From contig CT868119.1 in assembly GCA_000165425.1 (NCBI GenBank), positions 1 to 64,000 on the forward strand: 64,000 nucleotides of DNA, in the 5' to 3' direction. The translations under genes and the position numbers were made by a program. Source of the DNA: Paramecium tetraurelia. Taxonomy: Eukaryota. The notes beneath the pieces were generated by a model. The model was not told the DNA's origin, did not search any database, and saw only the letters and a list, made by a program, of their open reading frames with translations. This document shows, piece by piece, positions 51,422 to 64,000 of this stretch. Each line of letters begins with the position of its first letter. The first letter of the stretch is position 1.

Positions 51422-53145
51422 TCATTATTTTGAATCCTCATTATCCCAGATGTTATCCCCTTCAAATACCTCTCCTTATTCTTAATTCTCCTCTTCCATC
51501 GCTAATCTAACGTATTCTTGATATGCAAATCTATCCCAATCTGTAAAATCTGGATGATCAACTATGTCATTTCTAACTTGAAATGGATCTCTATTCTCAT
51601 AAGCAATTAATTTGTTTAAATTGGTTAAGAAATTGAAAAACACTCCACAAACAGTAAGATTCTATTTGAAATGACTTAATTTAAAGAGGATATCATTTTC
51701 AGGATGCAGAAGATCAACCATCTAACAAACAAAGTCATGGAATAAAATAGGTTCATGATTTAAATAATCCATTCTCTATTTCAATTCCTCATAAAAGTAG
51801 TCCATCTCGAATCCTGTAATAATTCCATTATCATCCAAATCAATCACCTTGAACCAATATTCTATGGATTATATAGTAGTCTTATCTTCTTCACATATTA
51901 TGAAGTAAATGAAATCCTCATAGGACATCTTCTAATCTATTTAACTTCTGAATCTACGAGGAATTTGATCAAATATTCTATCAACAACTTTACGACTTAG
52001 ACCATGACTGGAATAACGAGAGAAGTCTTCCTTGCTGATATGGAAATCGTGATCACCATCTAATTCCCAGAATTTGCAATAAATAACATAGAAATGTTCA
52101 TATGAGAAATATTATCTGATCTAATATAGGAACTTTGAAATAATACTTTATTAATATCATCCTCCTTTCCCAATATATCCAAGATATCGAATAAATTGCT
52201 TGATTTGAAGTCCCGCCATGTTATTCTATTGTTATCCTTTCGACACAAATGATAGAATATTCTATGTATTACTGTGTCTGCATATCGTTCTTAAAATTCC
52301 GGTGTTGCTTACAAAAATTCCAACCCCGGATGATATTCAAGTAAAACTATTTAGGAAAGAGAATGTACTCTTCATGAAAGGTTTGAAATCATCAAATTAA
52401 ATGTAGTCATTCTTAGGTTTTTTGAGAATATGAAAACACCTCTGTTTTGGTTCTTTTTATGCTAATTGCTAATTCCAATACTTGATAAAAGCAGTTTTAC
52501 TAATTTTGTTGCCGGTACCTTCTACTGCTGTCATTAAAATTCTTGTTAAGTATTTGCATAGACCACATAAATTTGTAGTGATCTGCTCAAAATGACTAGC
52601 ATCAATCTGTTCAGCTTTACCAAATATTTCGTTGATAATTTTCTATAATACTATAAATATGTGGACTATACATTCTATTCTTATTGTAATTAAAGATTGA
52701 TCTCTTATGTTGGGAAATAGAATTGGGGAATCAAATCATAATTTTATACCTCCTCAACATGAAGCTTTTTCTGAATTATTTATGATTATGTCAATGATTG
52801 TGATAAATCTTCTGGAATACGCGATTTAGTTTCATGAAATGAGTCTGCACGAGGAGGAGTTGAAGGACCTAAGCTTTTTTTGTTAGGTGAGCTTAAGAGA
52901 GCACTTTGTGACATCCCAGACATTGTCATCTTATTTGTGAAAAAAGCATTAGGTTGAGTAATAAGATTATTTTACTTTCCTTCCCGCACATCCTTTATCA
53001 GTTGATGTACTAACTTTTAATTTTAAGGTAAAGTTAGCCATTTAATAAAGAGATCATCAACTCGATTTTTGGCCAATTAATATCTAATATTTTGTGTAAG
53101 TGGGAAACCTGCTCCAACTCCTTCAGAATACGATTTCTAAAGCAT
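51422..53145 (-). CDS. PP2A regulatory subunit B'' (PR72/PR130 family, EF-hand)
   Basis: [70 protein letters not shown]. Confidence 0.93.
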
Positions 53146-53173
53146 AAAATAATTAAAATATCTTTTTAATTCG

Positions 53174-55246
<2,073 letters not shown>

Positions 55247-55879
55247 TAATATAAATAAAAATATATATAATCATTTAAAACTCCATTCAAATATCTGTGT
55301 AATTTTAAAGTAATTTAAGTATTATTTATTAACTTAATTTATGCTGAATTGTTTAATATATTATCACACATTGTTTATATTCATTTTAGCATTCTTAATT
55401 TTATATAGATGATCTTCATTCTTCTCAAACCTAATTGAACTAATTTTGTAATTTTCTTTAATATCTAATTTTATATAATACCATCATAATTACTCCAATG
55501 CAAGATTTTTATTCTAAACTTTTATCTTTAATTTTCTAACTTAAATTGGAAAGAACTCTCTTTACAAATACTTTTTAACCTTGATAATCTAATATAAACA
55601 TTTATAACTATAGTTTTCCTTGATTAAAATAATTTCTCTAGTTAATCAACACATAAAGTTAGATTATTAAGTTTAAATAAATAAGAGAGGATGAAAATAA
55701 AGTCAAATCATTTTTGAAACTATCTATTGAATTTAGACAATAATTTGAAACACTCAAAATATCTCTAGGCTAATTTGAATTAGGTAACATAAAGTTCTCG
55801 ATGAAATCATAAGAAGAGTCATATGCATAGAAAAATATGAATAAACTTTTATAATTTTAGTTAATTATTATAATCACAA

Positions 55880-56636
55880 ATGAAATTTAATGAACGTTTT
55901 TAGTTCTAATCAAAGTAGGAGGAAATTAATTTAGATAAGGAAGCTTCTGATATTGCTCAAAGAATCATGGAAAAGGTTCGATAAAGATCAAAAGCAAAGT
56001 CTGATCAAAGGGAGTTGGCTTCTTATTATTAAAGAGCAAGTGATTATAAGTCAGGACAATTGTTTCAAGACAATTAATTGGAAATTAGAAGACAATCTGA
56101 GAAGGTTACAAAAGGAACAAATGAATAAATGGGAAGGAAACTAGAAATTTTTGTTCCTGAGTTTAAAATCAGCAAGGACAACAGGGCCCAAGAGATGACT
56201 CGTTTAGAGAACCAATTAAGAATGGAATACTTAAAAACCCCTATAAAAAATCAGCTTCAACCTAATGGATAAGGATTTAAGGATGCACATTAAAAGACAG
56301 TTAAATTAAATAATTAAGAAACTATGGGTTTTTAGGAACAGAAGATTGTGAAGTAGTTCTAAATAATGTATAAATTTCTCTGTATGTAGTAATGATCAAA
56401 CTAAACCATCAAATGGTCAAATGGACTAACTGAGCAGTAAAAGATTTTCATCTCCCAAGCGTAACCACCTTAAACTAGATAGTAATTAACAGACTAAATC
56501 TTCCTTGTATTTGAAAACTACTTAATTATAAACACCTGCTTCAGTCTAAATCTAATAATCAGACATAGTTACCCAATTATTAGGGAGCTAAAAGAAGTAA
56601 AGCAGAAATTATCTTGAATAAATCACTAAACGATGA
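55880..56636 (+). CDS. Hypothetical protein
   Basis: MKFNERFQFQSKQEEINLD..., open code-6 frame, at least one short intron needed. Confidence 0.65.
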
Positions 56637-57337
56637 AAAGCTAAACTTTTTGATTTTAAACTATGTTAATTTTACTTTATTAATAAATAAAACAAAATAA
56701 AACTTATTTATAAATAAACTTTATTCTTGTAAAATTTTTTCAGAAATTTAAAAACCCAACTTGATAAAAGAGAATTCGAAATTTTATTATTTTTAACTCT
56801 TAGAATTAATCAATCATTTCTCTAATAGTTTTATAATATCATTGAATTATTATAAGGCAATTATATATTTTATTATAATAGAACAGAATGAACAAATTTA
56901 ATTTTGTCCGTAATAACTATTCAATTGAATTCACATTCTTTGAGCATTTACAATAGGTCTGTTATTTGGTATTTATAAAAGGTCAGTCTTGAGTTTGATA
57001 TGCAACATATCATGATTATGGAACTCACAGTATATATTATTATTTACTTTCAAATATAGAATGATTATATAGTAATGAAAAGATGATATAAGCTATCCAA
57101 AGGGAATTTTAAGAATTGTATTTTTTTGTTCAGAGTTCTTAATAAAAGTTATCGATATGGTTTTAATTTTCAGATTTGCATTTGTGCTTTTCAATCTTAT
57201 TATAAAATTATTATTGTTATTTTCAGGCAATTCAATTTATATAATGAACCCTTTGCTTTGAAATTTCATTTATGTTGCTTTTATTATTTAATTTATAAAT
57301 GATAAAAAACTTGAGTTTAGCTTTTAATTCTATAGAA

Positions 57338-59437
57338 ATGGAATATGCCTATCGAGAGTGGTCATTTAATAATAACCATTATCGCTTTTAAATATTTTTC
57401 AGTTTTATAGGAGGATATTTAATTGTGATGATCATTAAATTTAACAGCGCAAATACATTGCTTCCCTTGATTATATCATGCATAAGCTTGTGTCTAGAAC
57501 TAACACTTCTTTTCTTCATTAGAAAGTATAAAGAAAAAGTCGAGATAATAATGACATTGAATCAAATACTATTATCTGTAATTTGCGAGTTTTATCGGAT
57601 TTTTGCTTAGAAATCAAACCTATGGTATTTAGGTTATAGCCTTGCTTGCATGAAACTAAGTAAGCATTTTTGTTATGTTATTTTAGTAATTTATGCTCGA
57701 GGCAATAAATTTATTGTATAAACAGGTTTGTAAGTGATTTGTCAATGCTGCTCATTTATTTTTATGGAAGATGAAGATGTCTACTTTATAGTGAGTCATA
57801 ATCTGTTAACTTTTCTATTGGTCATATTTAGATATTAACTTGAATTAATAAATCGAAAATATTTTATTGCCAGTCAATCCTAATGTTAGTATGAAAATTT
57901 GATCTAAGATCTACTCCCTTCCTGGGTTGTCATTGTGAAATATGATAAGATGCAAGGGTAATTGTGTATTGACAAAATAAATCGAAATATGCAAGACAAA
58001 TTTGACATTAAAAACGATAAATGTTTTAGGGAGTTCTTAAGAAATTTAAAAGTGTTACCACACGAGTTCGAAAGGCAGAACGTTTAATTTATTAAACTAG
58101 AGCATACTCTCATCCGAAAACTGTAAACGAATAGAGAAGATTAAACAGTTGAAAGGTATCACGCCTTTATGGATAAGAAGGATAGTAAAACGAAATAACA
58201 GAAATTTAAGATTACATAGGTTTTTTTTAAAACCTTTGAACCCTCAATCATACTACTTTTTGAAGAAATAAAGGAGGACAAATATGATCAACTATTGTAT
58301 TAAGTTTAATAGAGAGATTATACATCTTGTACTAATGCACGAATATCACTTGGGAATTTAAAAAAATAAATTTAATTATTAAAATATTTAAAATCTCTAA
58401 TTCCACAATGGTTTAACGGGAAACAATCATAATTTATAAATTCACTTACATCTAGCATCATGGATTAAATTCAAAATGGTTATATTATGTTTAATTTGAA
58501 TTTTGATGTTTTAAATCTCTTTAAAATATCTCATAGACAACTTAAATTTGAAATAAATTAAATTTAACCCTCAATTTTGATGGAATAATTATGCGAAGAT
58601 TTACAGTTATCCAGGAAGCTGATTAATAAGTATGTAGTTTCAGCAGAATTTACTGAAATTATTAAAACTGATAAGGCTAAATTGATTTCTATCATTATTA
58701 ATCTAGTTGAGTTTTGTAAGATTTTACTTTCGATAATACACGGAGATGATAAAATCTTATCTTAGGCTGTGCCTTTAGGATCTTAAATTTAAATTCATCT
58801 TAAATAAACGAAACAATAGAAGAATTGCATAAAAATTAGTTTAACGCATCCTAAGTTGTTTATCTCACCTTTCGTTAGGGATTTATTCGCAAATATAGAA
58901 ACATCTATCGATCATAAAAAGAGAAATTGGAGTTCGAGAAACTATTTTGAAATGATTAATTAACTTAATTCTACTTTTTAATAAATCTATGAATATTACA
59001 AAAAAGACCATAAATCTACAGATTTAATAGATGATGATTTTCATTACTTATTTTAGAACTAAAAATCGAATTTGAATATAAGTGAGGAATCAAGAGGATT
59101 TACTCACTAAAATAATGTTCAACCTTAATTTTAATTCAATGTTTTAGGTTATCCTATGTCTCAATATTTGATTAGTTAGTTGGGACCATGGAATAAAATA
59201 AGGTTTAAGAATAGATATTAGAATTTCATATAAACTCCTTCTTAAAAGAGTATAAATACCCAAAACACAAAATTGTAATTTCTTCTTTACTAAGACTTAA
59301 ATGATTTTATATAGGAGTTAAATTAATTAGAAAAACCAATTCTTGAAATTTATCAAAAAAAGAAATTAAGTAATCATGATATCAGCTAAAAATTTTATTA
59401 TGCTTAGTTGGCATCTTCTCCAAGAAAATTTGGGTGA
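57338..59437 (+). CDS. Multi-TM degenerate histidine kinase-like protein
   Basis: 2100-nt frame. About 5 N-terminal TMs, PAS-like segment, N-box relic TDKAKLISIIINLV, G2 relic LGYPMSQYLISQLG, no H-box His. Start codon not certain. Confidence 0.75.
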
Positions 59438-59504
59438 TAATTTCATTCTTTATCAATCTGGTTATTAAAATTTAATTTAAATAATATAAATAAAACAATT
59501 TTCT

Positions 59505-60155
59505 TCAATCAGAATCATTTGACTAAGAACTAATCTTATTCATTCCTAATTTTTTAAAGCAATTTAATCTAGGTAAATTTGAGATACTAAATTGCGGTCT
59601 AATGTTAAGTTTCTGTAATAATTCAGAATAAAGAAGGATTATTTTTTCAGCTAGATTCTAATTGTTACTGCAGATTTTTTATTGTGCTTATTTATCTTAA
59701 GATATTAATTTATGAGTTTTCTTTTTTATTATAGAATTCTCTGGATGTATATATTAACATCTAGATCCATAATTACACCAACCATCGTTCATAAAATTTT
59801 TACATGGCCTTGTCTTGTAGTTTTAATGAAGATGCGCCTTAGGCAAAAGTTCAGAACATCCATGGGCATATGAGCACTTTATCATTAATTTAATATAATA
59901 CTTCTTTCCCAAATTTGCAAGATCCTTTAAGCGTAAAATTCTTGCATAATTCTGTCTTTTTCTTTTTTGTGTATTCCTCAATAAACTTATATTTTTCAAC
60001 AGATGTAGAAAACCTTCTACTTTTAGGCTTGACTCTAAATATTATGTTTCATCATACCCTATTTCGAATTCTTCTTCATTTGTATTAATAAAATCTGATA
60101 AAATTGTTGTAAACTGCCAATCTTCTTGCTATTTTATAATAGAATTTTATATCAT
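59505..60155 (-). CDS. Tandem CCCH zinc-finger protein (TIS11/tristetraprolin-like)
   Basis: KKTELCKNF..KGSCKFGKECSYAHG and YKTRPCKNF..DGWCNYGSRCQYIH. Two introns. Confidence 0.93.
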
Positions 60156-60699
60156 TATTATATGTACAAATATTATGGAAGAAAATCGCTAAATTATGTT
60201 TTCAAATTCTATTAGAATAATCTAATCAAAAAGAAGGACTCAAGAATTACACTAAATCTTTTTAAATCAACTTGCCCAAAAGACAAATAATTACCCGTGT
60301 GTAAGACTACTTATAAACATCAAAATCTATAATTTAGTGTAGGGGATATTCTGAAAATAATATAGAGATCATCATCAAGGATTCTTAAACTATTTATTAA
60401 TATTGAAGATTCAAATTTATAGATAATTAAACTTTCATACAGAAAAATTGATAATTATCAACTAATTTAAATGCAATACATAAAAAAAGAGCAAAAATTT
60501 TAGATAAATGAGAATTTAATAATGTAAAAATGTACACATATATCTTTACATTATTTATGATTTCAAATTACTTGAACACATATAAACTTTATCCATAAAA
60601 TAAATTATATATTTTATAAATTGTAAGGGTCTATTAAATAAGTAGATTATATTTTCTTAGAGAAATATAAATTCTATTATAATTTCATTGATTTTATAT

Positions 60700-62882
60700 T
60701 CATTATTATAATTGTGGTATCAATTCATAAGGTGTTTGCAAGCATTCTTCAGAGCCAGATATGTTTGATACATTATCTAAATATATAAATATATATTACC
60801 TTCATTCTAATCTGATTATGTAAATCTAATTTCAAAGTTTTCAGGTACAATATAGGAAAATACTTTGAATCCGTTTAAACCTTCTGTTATTACTGGGTAT
60901 TCTCCACATAAATTTATTCTTCTTCCCTTAAAATAGCACTGATCGAACACTTATAAGCAACTGTCATCCTCCTGCTATTCAAAGTCAACATTCTTTTAGA
61001 TCATTCTATGATTCGATGATTTCGATCCCTCTTTTGCATTAAAATGCCTTTCATTAACATAATTGTGACCATGATGGATGGTCTAATTATAAGGACCATA
61101 AAAATATGGATAGTTAATATTCTTATTGTGTAAATAATAGCCAGGATCGTCTTCTATTATTTTTTCATATGGGTCGTAGTAATATGGGTTTATGTCATCA
61201 TAACCATAACAATTATAATAACCAACTTAATCTCTATATCTCTAAACATGATGTTTTGAATGCTATTACTACTGCTATCTAAGATATATTTCTCTTAATT
61301 GATATTCTGGATCCTAATATTTTCCTCTATATAAATTTGAGTACCTCCTATACCCTGAATTTGGAGGATAATTTTATCGAACCATCCAAGGAACACAACT
61401 TGTAGTAGAAGTTTATCTACTATATGGATTAAGTCTTAGATACGGATTACCATTATAAAATGGATTTGAATTAACAACTTAGCGATGTCTATAAGGATAA
61501 CCACTAAAAGGATTTTCAAGATTTGAATATCTGTTCTATTTATTCATACAACGATATCTCCAAATTAAATCTTCATCAAACAATTCATCCCCAGGGTATC
61601 TACCTGGATAATTATAAGGGTAATGTAACTTTTTATTCTTTCTATGATGATAATAAGGATGATTTCTTATATATCTTCCATTTCCATCATACAATTCATC
61701 ATCCTCTTCCTCTTCTTCCTCTTTATTTCCATTTCCTTTGCTTTTACCCTTCTTTTTTGTTTTGTCCTTTGAATTAAACCCTCTCCATTAATCATCTTCA
61801 TCCATCTCTTCTCCTTTCTCATCTTCATTTTATTTTTCTTCTGCATTCTCTTTTTCTTCATTATTTTCTTAATCTTGAGCTTATTCGTCTTCATTTTCTT
61901 TCTCTTCGTTTTGTTCTTATTCTTAATTCTCCTAATCTTCATTTTCTTATTCTTAATTCTCTTGATCTTAATTTTCTTATTCTTGTTCTTGGTCTTGTTC
62001 TTTATCTTAACTTTCATCTTCTTCTTTTGGTTTTGCTTATGATTTTGCCTTAGATTTAGGTTATTCTTTATTTTATTAATTGTCTTTTTCTTTTTTCTTC
62101 TCTTTTTCCTTAGCCGATTATTAAGGTTTTTCTTAAGATTTACTTTTCGACGTCCCTTTATTTTTGTCTTAACTTTTATTTTATGCCTTATTCTAAGTGT
62201 TATTTTAGGATTTATTCTTTTTTTACGATTCTTAGTCATCTTATTATTGTGATTCATTTGCCTGATCTTCTCCTTCTCCTTCTTCAGTATTTTTATTTTT
62301 ATTGGTTTTTTATTGTTTTTATTAACTATTTTTTTGAGCTTTTTAATCATCTTCTTCTCCTTCCTTCTAAGATTTCTCTTCGTCTTCACTAAGATTTACT
62401 TCCTTTTATTTTGCATTGACAAAATTATATTCAATTGTAATTCTGTCTGCAATAATAGGGATAGTAGAATCATCTAATTAATAGTTTTGTTTTTTTCCTC
62501 TTAAATTTTATTTCTAACCTTAATAACTCTATCCATTTAAATTTTACTTTATATTATCGTAATCCCTCTCTTCTCTGGATATGTGATGAGAATGATGATG
62601 AAAATGTTGTATTTAAGGTGCTCTATGATGATGACTTAAATGTCTTCTAACATGATAATCATAGTCACTATCATAGTCGCTATCATAATCGCTGTACAAT
62701 TATGAATACACATCATAGTCATAATAGTCATCAGGCTCTTGATATTACTTTTTATGACTTTAATAAAACTTATTTTCATTTTTTATATTTCCAAGTTTTT
62801 AATTTTACTCTTTAGCCTCTTCATGTGAATTAGAGCCTTATTGGTTATCTTATTATTGTTATTATTGTTATTATTGTTATTA

Positions 62883-62947
<65 letters not shown>

Positions 62948-64000
62948 ACTCCTATTATTGTTACTATTATTATTATTATAACTTTTGTTATTGTTACCAT
63001 TATTATTATTATAACTCTTATTATTGTAATTGTTATTCTTGTACATTAAAACTAATTTAATCCTCTTAAATATTTTTAGTCTGTGAATTATCTTAATCAT
63101 CCAAAATAATCTCTTCGACTTTTGCTTATTATTCTATTATCATACCATCTTATTAATTTTATAAATTGAATTCAGATGTATCCTATAATTATAGAATTTA
63201 ATTTTGTTTTTCTTGATTATTATTAGTATGGCTTTATAAAATTGATGGTGTTTGATTGTTATTTTATATTTCATTATTTTAGCTGTTTTAGATTGATGAT
63301 TTACTACCTGTAGTTTACTAATCCTCATTAAATTAAAAAACTTCTACATCTTGATTATCTTAATTTATCCAACTCATTGGATCTTCATAAACAATAAAAT
63401 CAATGTTCTACTAATTATCATTGTCTGTTTACAATAAACTTTATTATTGATCTTTCTTTTAATCACTCTATTAAGTCAGTGCTTCTTCATGTTTATCGTA
63501 TTTTGTTTCCTTCTAAATTTACTCGACATCATCCCTTAAAAATATTTCAGGATCTTGAGGAATATAAACTCCATTTAATGTCTTATATATAGATTTTTCA
63601 TCTAAATTATGAGATAATTATAAAGTTGAAATTTAATTAGAATCATCATCAATTTTATCTTTAATGTTAAAATTTTAAATAGGTTCAATAATCAAATTTC
63701 TATCTTAGTGCACTTCATTAAAGTTTAAAGAACCTTAATATTTAGATTCTGAATCAATTGAATATTATTGTAAAAAGATGCCATTGATTTATAATAGCTA
63801 TTTAATTCTCTCCAAGGATTTACAATTTGATTTTTAAATCAAAACAGCGAAATGATTGATTAGCATATCAGGTTAATATTTTTTCTTAGATTCAATAGAG
63901 AAAATATAATGTTCACATTTTTTAATGTTTTAACCTAACCTAGATTTAATTAGAAATTGTACATTTTTTGGTTTGAATAATATATATGTAACTTTGTGAG
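60700..64000 (-). CDS. Large low-complexity protein (polyQ, E/Q/K-rich, Y/P-rich) with C-terminal beta/gamma-crystallin-like domain; 5' end outside the window
   Basis: Code-6 frame open wherever checked from the window edge. C-terminus CLQVFDQCYFKGRRINLCGEYP...FKVFSYIVPENFEIRF. One intron near 60776-60799. Confidence 0.78.
62850..62945 (-). repeat. (TAA/CAA)32 trinucleotide run encoding 32 Gln
   Basis: Counted in the open frame of the host gene. Confidence 0.9.

Noticed and set aside
61667..63100. Lys-rich 240-aa ORF and poly-Asn 105-aa ORF
   Set aside because: Wrong-frame readings of the E/Q-rich and polyQ regions of the large minus-strand gene.

Overview
This is AT-rich eukaryotic DNA from a ciliate, almost certainly a Paramecium macronuclear scaffold. 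Genes read through only with genetic code 6 (TAA/TAG = Gln, TGA the only stop), contain tiny GT..AG introns (mostly 20-30 nt) and are packed with spacers as short as 5-30 bp. The supplied standard-code ORF track is therefore mostly wrong-frame or fragmentary, and all models below are my manual code-6 translations. About 32 protein genes are present. Recognisable ones are a PITSLRE-type CDK, a gamma-carbonic-anhydrase-like protein, PACRG, an MsrB/SelR-like protein, a DHHC palmitoyltransferase, a calmodulin-like protein, SRP9, an ABCG half-transporter with a 1-nt frameshift, TAP42/alpha4, NDUFAF6, a CABIN1-like TPR protein, a sorting nexin, two further kinases, a ubiquitin-like protein, a compact biotin ligase, NPHP4, PP2A B'', SDHA, a pseudo-histidine kinase, a TIS11-like CCCH protein and a large polyQ protein ending in a beta/gamma-crystallin-like domain. 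There is also a decayed UDP-glucose 4-epimerase pseudogene and one N gap. I see no RNA genes, CRISPR arrays, telomeres or recognisable transposons, and no clear new multi-gene system. The best leads are several intact pseudo-enzymes (MsrB, gamma-CA, His kinase, Ser/Thr kinase), a bacterial-looking intronless BirA, a GQYPPQ-repeat protein and very tight head-to-head gene pairs.
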